A stretch of 62,365 nucleotides of DNA, counting the filler, from Choristocarpus tenellus KU-1152 (Eukaryota > Protista > Phaeophyceae): NCBI GenBank assembly GCA_964200185.2. It is 11 parts of 11 records of this genome, joined end to end, with 100 filler letters (N's around TTAATTAATTAA, not from the genome) between each part and the next. Parts side by side here need not be neighbours in the genome. Positions count along the whole stretch, not along the records: positions 1 to 11,163 come from CAXNAD020002472.1; positions 11,264 to 13,890 come from CAXNAD020026156.1; 9 more parts are not named here. One strand, 5' to 3'. Below the pieces are notes generated by a model. That model did not search any database and was not told where the DNA came from. It saw only the letters and a list, made by a program, of their open reading frames with translations. A program made the position numbers and the translations under genes. This document shows positions 1-12,082 of the stretch, piece by piece (the stretch's first letter is position 1; each line of letters starts with the position of its first letter).

Positions 1-800
1 GAGAAGGCCAACAGGGTAAGTTTTGTCATCAGTCACACGCACAGGAGGGGGGTAAGTGGGGTATTACTGGATGATCTATATGACTGGGTGTATGTAGATG
101 AGAAGTGGTTTTACATCCTCAAAGATGAGCAAGGTGTGTACCTGCACCCTACTGAGTATTCCCTCAACCCACCACAGGCACAAAATAAGCATTACATTAT
201 GGAGGTGATGTACCTTGCAGCCGTGGCCCCCCCTAGGAGCTCTCCAACAAGGTGTGGTTTGATGGAAAAATCAGGATCTGGTCAATTATGGACACCAAGG
301 TCACTGACCACTCCAGTAAACACCTCCCCAAGGGCACCAAGGTTCTTGTGTCAGCCACGGTGGACAGGGAGAGGTATAACAAGCTCATGATCAAGGATTT
401 TATCATCCCAGCAATCAAGGCCGGCATGCCTAGGCTGGAAAGACACACCATCTTTGTGGAGTAGGGCGGGACAAAGCGACACATACCACACAACATTGTC
501 ATAGAGATACAGCCAGACAACTAACCTGATCTCAACATCAGCAAGCTGAGATTCTTTCATTCCATCCAAGACTTAGGGGTGACCAACATAGAGGAGCTGG
601 CAGAGGCCACAATGGAGGCATTTGATGTCTACCCCTGGGAGACAATAGAATGCGCCTGGTAGAGTCTCTTCCGTCTACAGTAAAGTACTGGGGTCCAAGG
701 GTGACACAATCTTCAAAATTCCCCATCTTAGCAAGGTAAAGGCTGAGAAGGCGAGCAACCTCCCCCCGAATACCCCGTTGGATGTGGTGAGATACTGTGG
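1..800 (+). mobile_element. Degenerate Tc1/Mariner (plant-mariner-like DDD) transposase remnant
   Basis: YVDEKWFY (first catalytic D), WFDGKIRIW, YNKLMIKDFIIPAIKA and a decayed QP-N-PDLNI motif; frameshifts and stops; 3' part homologous to 43480-44050. Confidence 0.8.
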
Positions 801-1302
801 TGTAATGAAGTTTTGGTGGTCTTCAGGGGTGGGCAACCACTTGGTGGGAATCATTGATAGATGTAGTCTGCCCCATTTTGGTTGAGATTTTGGTGGGCAA
901 CCATTGAAATACGAACATGTAAAAAAACTTTATTCTTCACTAGGGTTGTAAAAGTTATGTTACATTCATTTCTGACTGGAGGAATTTTCATGCATGTGCA
1001 TGTATAGTAGTATGCATGCCTCTCATACTGTGTATAGAACAAAAAAAGTGATGGGGTATGACATAGTATGAGTGCCGGCAGTACTGATGGTATATATTTG
1101 TAATATCGGTAAATGAAAAAAATAAATAATTGGTGTCTGAATCCTTTGTAATCATGACATCAGTGCCATCAGTACAGGGTTAAATATTTCTTACTCCCTA
1201 CACTGGGATATACTCCTGAAATATGGAACTGTCAAGGTTATCTCTTCCAACAACATCAACCTACACTGACTTTATGTGCACAGACCAGAGTGAAAGATCA
1301 AA

Positions 1303-1341
1303 CTTGATGAGATTGTACCTTCAGAGTACAATCTCATCAAG
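1303..1341. repeat. Perfect 16-bp inverted repeat (hairpin, 7-nt loop)
   Basis: CTTGATGAGATTGTAC (1303-1318) / GTACAATCTCATCAAG (1326-1341). Confidence 0.9.
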
Positions 1342-1349
1342 GTAAGGTA

Positions 1350-2560
1350 TAGTGCATATCACCTCCACAAACATGTGTCACTCACTGGAACACAAACAAG
1401 GACTTTATTTTGGATATGGGCCACACAAATACCTATATTATAAGAACTGCCTCTACATTAATAGAAGTAGTCCCCATAGAGGTAGGTGTCTCTTGCTAGA
1501 CAGTTTGTAGGATTACATGGACGTGAGGGGTAAGACTCGGGATTACTTCCTCATGCAAGCATCATAAAGGACTGGTGCAAACAGATTGTGTAACATAAGC
1601 CACCTTGAGGTTGAGGCACAGCAGGGTAGCTCAGGTACAGTACCAGAGGTGGAGCAGGGATGAGTATTTGTCTATAATAGTGTATACAATATAGCTTGTA
1701 CCTCTATGTGTGCATGAGTGTACGTGTATGTAGTGATACCAAGGCAGGACCACATGCGACTTGTCACATGTTGAACACAGCAAGTCAAAAGGAGTTTTCA
1801 TTCAGACCCACCACAGTATGTTCTCATTCTACAGTAGATGGCAAGCAAAGGGGAAGTGATGCCCCCCCTGCCCCGCCCCCCACCCCCCAATAATTGCCTC
1901 CAGTGTGGGCCTTCAACCCCAGGGCTTGTGGCACACAGCTGCACCACTATCGAACAATCTCTACAAACAAGTGCCTCTCTGCCTACTCCACCACCTCTCT
2001 ATTTAGCACCTGTATACTATTAGCAAAATAATATTAACAATTAACATTCAAGCTGTACACTCCCAGCCCTCTGATTGCAGTTAGAGTAATGCACATCATT
2101 GCTGCCTGTGATTGGCGGATTCATGTACCTCCCACTGCCATCACCATACTATTTACTACTACCAGTATAATTAGTTTTAAGACTGTACCATAAATCAGTT
2201 GTATCTCTACTGTACCTCTTTTGGTCTCCTCCGCCCCTTTTGGTAATAAAATAGTGTACCACCTTCTACCTAGACCCAGCCTACACAACAATGTGGTCTA
2301 GTGGATGGATTACTCAAATCGGACTGCAGTAGACTATGTAAATCTAACCCTAACCTCAAATCAATCAAACTCTACAGATGGACACCTTTCACCTTACGAT
2401 GGCACAATTCCCTTGGAATGACACAACCTTTTTTAATTCCTCTTGCTGAGGAAACAAACATTCCAATTTTTTCCCCCCCAAAAAACAGTATTAGAAATTC
2501 TTGAGGAAAGAGTGGAGTTATACACGGAATTTTGTTGTTGTTCAATACCTCTGGGTAAAT
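1350..2560 (+). mobile_element. Possible highly decayed Helitron PIF1-type helicase remnant
   Basis: Scattered fragments in the expected order: DEY (~1660), Q*LPPV (~1888-1905), CGLVDGL (~2292-2313); many stops; short CCCTAA tract inside. Confidence 0.3.
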
Positions 2561-2974
2561 AACATGGCTTGCAAGAAGTTGTCAACTCCCAGTAAGAACA
2601 GTAAGAAGAGATATGTAACTGACAATGAATACCATAGTCACCGACAAGGGAGAAAGGGACAACACATGAGAAGAAGAAACTGCAATCTAGTTCTTCAAAG
2701 AAATCGTAGCATAGAAGATGAGGAGAATTACCAACACAGTTATTTTTTTTGTTCTTTAGTCAAATATCACTAAGGGTTAGGGTTAGGATTAAGTCATAAC
2801 TAAAATCAAAATTAAAACACTCTTGACAGAGTTGTGCAAGGCAGGTGCTTGGGCTTAGATCAGTACTACTGCCCTTCAGAGTGCATTGAGAGGGATGATG
2901 TCAAAAAGTACAGATGAACACAATGGAGAAGGATGAGGGAAGGATGCAAACTGCAACAGCCGTCTCAAACTGTA

Positions 2975-2977
<3 letters not shown>

Positions 2978-3007
<30 letters not shown>
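2978..3007. repeat. (AAT)n microsatellite
   Basis: About 10 AAT units. Confidence 0.9.
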
Positions 3008-3008
<1 letters not shown>

Positions 3009-3709
3009 TACCACAAGTACTATTCCATACTAGTAATAATCACTCAGGCATTGGTAGTCAACCAGTAGGATATGAATGCTTCACAACCACCCTAACCCTA
3101 ACCCTCAACGAACACTGCAAGTCATACAGTTTCAAGAGTCCTAATATTTTTATTTCAAAACAAGTACACCAATGAAACCTTTGGTTACCTCACCGGCTCT
3201 CCCCCCCAAAACAAAAATACTTTATTAAGGATTTCATACTGTATGAACTAGTACAATGAGTGAGTAGATAAAGCACACTAAACTATGCTGCTACTATAAC
3301 TGATACAATTGCACTCCAACCCCAAAAAGAATAGTAAGATCACCAAACCGTAGCTAAACAGCACTCACTATAATGACCTCTGGAGTACTTACTGAATGAT
3401 ACTTCAATGTACTGTTTGGTATTGATACACTATACCTGCATCAAAGTGCACTACAATTAGTAACACATCTAACTCACCAATGCCATTAACTATCTGATTA
3501 TAAAATCATCTTTCCTTCTCACTCTACTATTCTAGTTTAACAATGTAAAAAATAGTACCGCCATCGAAAGCACAAACTAATACATTAATGTCAGTAGTAT
3601 AATACTGATCCAAAAGATGCAAACACAAATACAAACCCACAGAGCAACTTCAACTCAAAGCAAGGTACACATGTACCTCTTTTGATTCACAACATTTCTT
3701 TTTACGTAC

Positions 3710-5303
3710 CTTGCAGTCAGCACGTCCCACCTCATCCCCAGACACCTTTGGCTCATTGGACTCACCCCCATCATTACTGCTGCTGGGTTCCTCTCTTGGT
3801 TGGAGACTAGCCAATGCCTGGAGCAGACAGGGATGTACGAGGTGGAGTTGCAATGAGGTGGTTATCACTACCATACAGGGAGACAAAACCCCACAATACC
3901 CCTGACTGCACAAAATGAGTAACTATAAAGTACCTCTATTGACTTGGGTTGACCATGGTTGAAACTGACGGTGTTATCTAAGACCAAGGTATGTCATCTA
4001 GAACCAACGTATACATCATCGAGCTCTCGCCCTCTCCCAGGAGTTTAACTCCTCACACCTGGCACTGGGGCCTCAACGCAGTCACATATAGCAGAGGCAC
4101 ACACACCCATACAGAATGTAGTATGATGCAAATAACTTAGTACAAACAACAAGATTGGAGGACACAAAGGCATTAGTACCAATTATACCAAGGCAAATAT
4201 TACAAAATCAACCTGCTTTGCAAAGCTCTCGACTATGGCCTTAAACGCTGGGTTAGACCACAGGAGGTTGGCAGTCAGGCGCACCGCCTTTGTTCGAACA
4301 TCTAGGTCTGGGTGGAACGTGAAGCGGAGGACGCTTGGGACGCATGTGTCCCTTGTGGCAGGTTTGTGGAATATGAGTTCTTTGAGTGAGACCAGTCCTG
4401 GACAGGTGTGAGAGGGAGAACAAGAACCATGACATAGACATAGACAGATGTTGGCACACACACGTCAGTTCTCATGGGTGGGTCGTGTGGAGGATGGGTG
4501 AGGAGGGATAAGCAGAACATAGACCTCTTAGGTAGTGCACAGCGAAGGACGGTGAGATGAAACAAGTTGTAAGCATCACAAGGGACCAAACCAAACTGAT
4601 GCAGGAATATTGTCCATTAGTACAGGACTACCCATCACGCCCACAGACATCACAAGGAGTAAATCAGATCAACCAGGTCAAGCCTTTGGGATCATTGATT
4701 CATACATCCTAAAGAGAAGTGTTCCTAACCATTCAATATCTGTATCATCCTAATTGCACTGCTGATACAACCCACAATCATTTCAGCGTATATAAAACCC
4801 AGCAGCACTCATGTCTCCCTCCACTTTCCTGAACCAGTTCCATGTAACACTGTACTTGCCTGTCTGGACTTCATGTACACTCCCTGCCAGATTGCACAGG
4901 TTGCAAACAAACTCCAGGGCCGCCTGTGGCACTCTGGGGCAAGCCAAGAGCGTTTGTGTAAAGAGTCTTTGCTGTGGTGATGCCTCTAGAGACAAAGCCA
5001 GGCTCTGTAGCAGACACATGAGAGTGGAGTCATACACAGCATAACCTTGACCATAAATACCGCCTTCCTTGGGTCCCCCTCCCCCATCCCCAGGTTCAGC
5101 GCTGCCCTGGTCCTTGAGATGGCTACCAGACTTTCTTGTAGCTGTTTCTGCTACATACATATCCATGAGTAGTGCAAGAGCAGCCTCAAAGTGCTTACGG
5201 TAGTCCTTCTTAACCAGGGAGACCACTTCCACAACCGCCTTACAAAGGAGAGCAACACCACAAGGTTCGCCATGGATGGAATGGGAGATACAGGGTGTGT
5301 GTT

Positions 5304-5363
<60 letters not shown>

Positions 5364-8300
5364 GAAGGGGGAATGGAGTCTACGTAACCTGGAGCACCTG
5401 TGTACACGTGGTGAGGAGATGTCTAATTCACACCCTCACAACATAACATAAGTGGGAACTCAAGGTGGTGGCAAGCACAGGGGACAAGACAGGGCTAACA
5501 GGTGCACCACACTACTATGAAAAAAAAAAATGGTACAGAATTGTAACGCCTTCCAGAAAACATGCAGTTGATAGCAACTACAGTAGTGATAGCAAACTAC
5601 ACTTACACAACATGAGCAATCCTTTTTGTGCCCTTTGTTGTTGTGGGACAACGCCTTGCAGTGATTCTCAGCAAAACCTTGCACATCAGGGTTGCATGAA
5701 ACTGAGACAAACTATCTCGTACAAACACTGCAATAACTGGTGGGGATTCACTACATTCAAGATGCTTCACAGCTGAAAGCACAGTGGAGCTCTGCAAACA
5801 GTGCAAATCAAAGTGAGAGCCACCTGCCACTGCATGTACAAGTACCTTCTTATGCTCCAACTCAAGGCACATAAAGCACAGAAAGCATTTGAGACACAAT
5901 GTACCAACACGCAAGCATGCAGGCAACCTCTAAGACATGAATAGCTTCATTAAAGGTGACCCACCCCGTTTACTCACAGCAACCAGATATAGGTTTGTAC
6001 ACCACATACCCAGGAAGGTACAAAAAAATATTTAGATCCCACCAACCTCAACCACACCACTTTCCCCCTCAGAGTGCAGAACACAGATACTGGATTGCTG
6101 TCAGAAGAACTCACTCACAGCACTGACTTGTAAGATATAACAAGATAACAAAGAGAGTAGAGTATGGGTATTGTACACATCCCAACCAGCCCCTTTCCCC
6201 TTCACTTCACTCACCTCCGATGCCATGGACACTTCCTTGTCCACCATTAGTCTCCTCCCTGCCACCTCCCCCTCTGCTACAATCCTCCCCAAACGGGAAA
6301 CCAGTCTCTGATGAAGACCACGCTTTCCCTCTGTTGCAGCACCCTCCCACACTTTTACCACCCGATTGAAGGCCTTGCTTGCCATGTCCACGGCATCCAA
6401 CACTGGGTCCTTGGTCTCTGCAGGAGGCGGCTCTTTCACATGTTTCTTTTCCTCCACCTGCGTCTCGGGCTTAACAACACTTGACCCCCCTGCATTGCCT
6501 CCATGTTTTCCCCCACCTTTTCCATCCTCATCCATTGGTACTACCCCAGCATTGTCCTTATTTTCCTCAACTGCTGCAGAAGAGGGGGCGCTAGATGGCC
6601 CTACAGCAATACCTGCAGCAGCGTGAATGGAATCTTGGTCTGCAGGCTTGGTAGCCTCAGGATTTGCACTGACAGGTGCCCCAACCCCTGTGGCTCTTCT
6701 CTTTACATCAGCCTTTGTCTCTACCTCAGGACTCCTTGCCCTCTTCTTCATTGTTCCGGATTGTGATCGTGCTACATGTGGGTGACCAGCTGCAATGTCT
6801 GGGCCAAGTGCATTGAGCACATGCCCAATCAATCCCTCCATATCCAATGGAAACCCTGGAGTGCGTCGATGCTTTTGGCCAGGGGGAGGAGGGGGGAGTC
6901 GCCTGAGCGAAGCCACAGCTTGCCCAGCCATAGCACGCCTGTTCTCTGGTGTAGCAGGGAGGATACGTGATGCTACTGTGGATAAGGAATCACAAGCACG
7001 GTATACATGATATAATGTGGAATGCGAGAAGGGACACGGTGTGAGTAGTGGGTTAAAGGTTGTTAGGTGATGGGAATCACGTCACTTCCACTTGCCAATA
7101 GAAATAGAACATGTCAACATTGAGGGGCTGGAGAGGAGTCAATGTCTTTCACAGACTTCAAAGAGGTCATGCAAGCAGGTTTCCAACGTTATATGTTTAA
7201 CCCAAGTCTTTTCACTATTCCTCACTAAGAGAGAGATTGCGTTGAGAAGATATGGCAAGCTATTACAAAACAGTCTTGTGTACTGACTGTGCCCTGCCTC
7301 ATCTTTAGACAGACCACAACACAAGACGCCATAATCTGTCTATTGAACATATCCCATCTCAAGTTGATCATCGATCCCACAAATGCTGTTCCACACATGT
7401 TAAACCATCCATTCTTTGAGACACACATGTCAAATCACCAAAATATACAAAAAAATATCATGGGACACGGCTGCCACTGCATTTGCACACATAAATGAAC
7501 CCATGCACAAGCACGAGCACCCTCAATCACAAACTCCATGTGTCCTCTTACCATTCACTCACCTGAAGGGGATGCAGCATGTGTTTGCCTGCCTTTGCTG
7601 ATCCCAACCTGTATGCGAATTCTTCCACGGAGGGCTGAATTACCTTCTACAGCTGCCTTTGCCTCTCCATCTGATCCCGCACGAGCTGCGGCAATTGCCA
7701 TACGCTGCACCCCGCTCCCAGCTGCTGGGGCCACCTTGAGTAGCTTTAAACAGGCACTACGGATTGAGCTAGCTGCTCCCCGGAGCTCTTTCGACACTGC
7801 CGGCGTTCCCGTCCCCACATCAGACCCCACTGCAGTGGCCCTGCTAGCCCCTTCTAGAGCAGCTGCTAGGGCTGGGACAATTGTCGAAAAGAGTGCTGCC
7901 TTGTTTGTGGCGAGCCTCTGTAATGATTGGACTAGCATTGTGTAGTGCTCTGCCACAAACCCAGGACCCCAGACACCACCACCACTTTTACCACCCCCAC
8001 TTCTGGTGATGCCACTTTCAAGCCATCTCACCATTTGTTGTGCCAAGGCCCTTCCTGCCTGATCCAGGGTATCTGCCCGTAGGAAGGGGTGAGCAAGGCT
8101 GAGGTTCCGCTGAACAGACTCATCTCCCTCTCGAGATGAGGTGGGTCCTAAACCACGTCCCCCCACACAGGCAAGGACAACTGTCTCTGCAAACTTGATG
8201 GACGCCTTGAAGATGTCAGGAGGACCAGTAGTGATGAGTTGCAGGACACTTTTCCTGTTGTTGGTAGTATAGTGGGAGGGGGTGAGGCATACACTTTCAT

Positions 8301-9611
8301 TCAAACCTGGCAGGGTTACGTAGCAAAGATATCTCTTTCTGCAATGGATGTCACCTCAACGCAACAGGACATGCTTGAAATCCACCCAGTCATTGCAATG
8401 TAACAAAACAGTACCCACTGACAGTGGGAGGCAACAAAGTCGGGTGTTGAAAAGGATGTAGTATCTCACTCGTCCTAAAATAACACGGCTAATTGGGTTA
8501 TGGGTATGGACAAAGATTTTGTCACAACTCATGGAAAACGCATCCACGAACTTACCTTAGGCTCTCTAAGGCAGTCCAATCCTTCTGTGCACCCTCTTCC
8601 GCCCCCTTTGTCACCAATCGTTGCAACGCAGGCCTGTATACGGTGATGGCCAGAATGGCTGCCGACTACACCAGGCCCAGAAAAACAGGGAGGAATTCGT
8701 AATTGTGAGGGTGAATGCCTGCATAGCACATCACACTTGTTCTGCGTCGCTACGGGAACCAAACTGCCCATCATACGGCAAACTCTTCGGTTGACTCTAC
8801 TAAGCACGAGCGACTTGGCTATCTAGCATGGGTTGTTGTTCTCATGGGTAATTTCGTACTTTCTTTCGAGGTTTCCTGGCTGGATCTCCGTAGCAATATA
8901 TTTAGCACACGTCGTTGTTGCGACAAGACCACATACCTTCCTGACATTGGCGTTCTCATCTTTTAGCAGGTAGGTTGCCACAGGTACTGCTAGGGCGACG
9001 TGGCTGGGATGCGAAGTCACCACATCTTTCAGGAATGAAACAACAAACTTTCGTGAACCTGAGTTAAAATCGGTCTATAGGACGTGGGGTACGGAGCATG
9101 GGCCAGTCAGGTGTCAAGCCGACCAGGAGAAGGTCAATGTGATGTCTGGGTCTGATGTTATGCTGTTGTCAGCTTGTCACGGAGGATATCACCTAGCTAG
9201 AAACCAAAACGATCCAGCGACATTTTTATACCAGGAAAAACTCCATCAAGTCAGCAGGTCGCTCGATTTGGCAACTCTACACTAGAATATCTAGATCCTT
9301 GATTCGTCAACAGTGCGCTCTCACCTGGAATTCAACCACCATTGGTATCACGTCGGGCAGAAGGGAATCATCACGGTTTAAGCATATTTCTTGGACCTAA
9401 GCACGTAGTGTGAGAGCGGGTGGGAGCAGAGGAGAGTTGTGATTTCGGATGCGCACAATGTTCCTCGACCATGAACAAGCTCAGCTAACTTGTAGTAGAC
9501 GAAACAACCAACCTGTGCTAGAAGGTAGGTTTTTTTATCCTTAGTTGGAGCCAATTTTGCGTCGTTGATTAGCTCTACAATTTGATCCCGGAGTTCTTGA
9601 GAGGAAGACAT
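3710..9611 (-). CDS. SYMPK: Symplekin / Pta1 (pre-mRNA 3'-end processing scaffold), 5' part; C-terminal exons not found in window
   Basis: Phase-consistent exons 9611-9513, 9396-9325, 9074-8937, 8665-8556, 8254-7563, 6975-6215, 5238-4860, 4397-4213, 3817-3710. Translation gives a symplekin-like N-terminal helical repeat (LLAQVQEICLNRDDSLLPDVIPMVVEFQTDFNSGSRKFVVSFLKD) and the central motif GLVSLKELIFHKPATRDTCVPSVLRFTFHPDLDVRTKAVRLTAN...IVESFA. Intron 4859-4398 has a GC donor. Confidence 0.85.
5296..5360. repeat. Compound (GT)n(GA)n microsatellite in a symplekin intron
   Basis: Direct read. Confidence 0.95.
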
Positions 9612-9843
9612 CGTTGCCCCCTCATGAATGCCCTCACAACAGAGTACGACGCCCTTCTATCTTGGTTTTTGGTTTCCAAAACGGTGAGGAGTTTGTATTA
9701 TATAGACCTTTTAACAGGTCCATCAAAATAAAATAAAAACTGTCCACACCCAAACTGGTCCCACAATTTTTTTACATCTCCCAATCCATGTGTACTAGTA
9801 TTGAACCGGTCCATGCACATGACCAGGCTGGTCCCAGGAGTTC

Positions 9844-9890
9844 TTTAGGGCTCATACTGACATATGTATAGTTTTCATTTGTTTCGCCCC
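9844..9890 (+). repeat. ~90-bp dispersed element, partial copy upstream of symplekin
   Basis: TTTAGGGCTCATACTGACATATGTATAGTTTTCATTTGTTTC, near-identical to 18334-18380; other copies at 33505-33625 (-), 40925-40967 (-), 47790-47842, 56371-56432. Confidence 0.85.
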
Positions 9891-9892
9891 TG

Positions 9893-10331
9893 TGTGAATC
9901 GTGTGATTCTGTGGCGGTTTGGTTCACTCAGGCAAGGGTGGTGAAGAGAATCACCGGGCAAGATGGACCAGACGAACAAGGACGAACCGTAACAGAGGGT
10001 ACGAGGTTAAGGTCGGACAAGTGCAAATTGAGAAGTGATGGGCATCATCAAAGATGGGGTTTCATCACCACCAGTCAAGACGTGAGAANNNNNNNNNGTG
10101 AGAACAAAGTGGATCTTCCATGTGTGACAACTCTGAATGACGAGCTGTCCCAAGTCTATGGGATTGGTCACATGAAGAGATCCCATGGTTTCATTCTGAC
10201 GGAAAGTCTGTCCGTGAAATCATGGACGCTTGACTGGAAACCTCAATCGGTAAAATGGTGTAACGGTATATGGCATAGGGCATACGGCATACGGCAATAA
10301 CGGTATAACAACTGACAAACATGCTTTCCAC
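9893..10331 (+). mobile_element. ~440-bp non-autonomous element related to the 5' part of the hAT remnant at 54375
   Basis: 9893-10030 aligns with 54376-54480; left end is the reverse complement of 56307-56371; right end matches 18218-18261; TG...CA ends with only imperfect inverted repeats. Confidence 0.6.
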
Positions 10332-11094
10332 ATCACCCCCTCTTCTGATCGGCCTTGAGCCATGTAAACATGATTCAAGGTCAACCAAAAGTGAGCTCTG
10401 GGAGCGAAATGGGAAACATGTGTGACTGTTAGTATACTATTGCACCATTGTATTACATGACTCCATTAATACAAAATGAACTGTAAAATAGAAACGAGGT
10501 ACACAATGAATATCTGATCATGATAACATTGGCCTAAAGGTTGATGGTGTATGGTCAATACACTCATCAAGCTTACGAGGTCTGAGAGTATGGGATCAGC
10601 ATATCAATCAGCCTAAAGACGAGGCGAGAGGTATATGTGGCCAGCATATAATAGGGTTTCTAGTATCTTGTATAAAACAGAGGATACTCAGAATGGGGAT
10701 ACGAGGAGCAAACACTAGACACGATGTCAACAAACGGTTTGACTAGTGTTTGTAATTCGACATTGCTATACGGGTGTTATACAATGATTTGATCACCACT
10801 CCGATGCGTGAAAACAACATCGTGTGTTATGCAATCAAATCAATACAGCAAACGGTGAGATCAAATGTGTGCACCCATTCTCCTTCATCAATTCTGACTT
10901 CGATTGGAATATTGTTCACAACAACAATATTCCAAGCGGACAACTCAGATGTACAATGTTGGTGGCTCAACTCTCCTCAAACGATACGAGCTGACTGTAC
11001 GGTCATTACATCATGTCAGGGGAATCATGCCACACAAATAAATAAATAAATAAATGAGTAACATGTATGGCTTACCTGATGTCTCCATCTCTTA

Positions 11095-11163
11095 GGGTCA
11101 AAGTATCTGGGGGGGGGGGGGGGGGGGGGCTTTTTTTTCCCTCGCGGGGTGTTGTGGGGGGGG
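11095..11163 (+). mobile_element. MITE family A, left TIR (truncated at contig end)
   Basis: GGGTCAAAGTATCTGGGGG, preceded by TTA. Confidence 0.7.
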
Positions 11164-11263
11164 NNNNNNNNNNNNNNNNNNNNNNNNNNNNNNNNNNNNN
11201 NNNNNNNTTAATTAATTAANNNNNNNNNNNNNNNNNNNNNNNNNNNNNNNNNNNNNNNNNNNN
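11164..11263. other. Artificial contig linker
   Basis: N44-TTAATTAATTAA-N44 (stops in all six frames). Confidence 0.99.
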
Positions 11264-11306
11264 CCCCCCTCTCCATCACTTGTCTTTTGTCTTCGTGACA
11301 TGAAAG

Positions 11307-11540
11307 GTGGGGTCAGCTTGAGGCACTGCACATGGATGTTGTTGGCAGATCCACTCTTCTTGGAGAGGAGAATGTAGCCTTTACAAGGAGAATGACAGAA
11401 CCAAACCTGCTAAGAGTGCAGCAAGAGGATGGGGAGAGGGCGGAGCAGGGGCTGAGTAGGAGGAGCTCCCAGCTGGCCATGATGGATGCATTAAAGTCTG
11501 CCCTGGTTGCACTGGATGGGACACAGAAGGAAGTTCAGAG
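11307..11540 (+). CDS. Orphan internal exon of an unidentified, probably helical/coiled-coil protein
   Basis: Pyrimidine tract + AG at 11305-11306; 234-nt open frame (WGQLEALHMDVVGRS...ALDGTQKEVQR); donor AG|GTGAGG at 11541. No other exons seen on this contig. Confidence 0.5.
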
Positions 11541-12082
11541 GTGAGGTAAATGAATAATTGATCCATTTTGTTCTGTGAGAGGATAAGAGTGGACTGGTTT
11601 GTAGAGCAGTACATAGTGGCATAATGGTTTAGTGAGGTTCTGTATGTGCTCTTAGTGATTATCAAAGATAGATGTTGTGAGTTGGGTCCAGTAGAGGTGA
11701 AAGAGTTTTTTTGTTGTTGTTAAATGGCGCAGGCTAACTGCTTGTTTTGTTTTAGTATTATTTATTGTACTAGTATTATTTATTGTACTCAGGTTAGGTG
11801 TGGACTCAAAAATAAAACTTTCTTGATTACTTTCACCGACACTACAGTATGAAGTGATGTGATGTGATGTGATGCAGGAAATGTGTGCTGTTTGGGGTCT
11901 GAAGTGTGTTGAAGGGGTGTACCTTAAAGTGTCATTAAGGGGTGTACCTTGTGAAGTAGGGAGAGTAGTGCTTAATGATGGGACATGATGTAAAGGATTT
12001 TTTCTCTTTTTTTGTTGGATGGTTTGTGTAACTGCCTTTTTTCTTGATAAATTCGGATTTTGGGGGGGATGCTATCTTTGTG

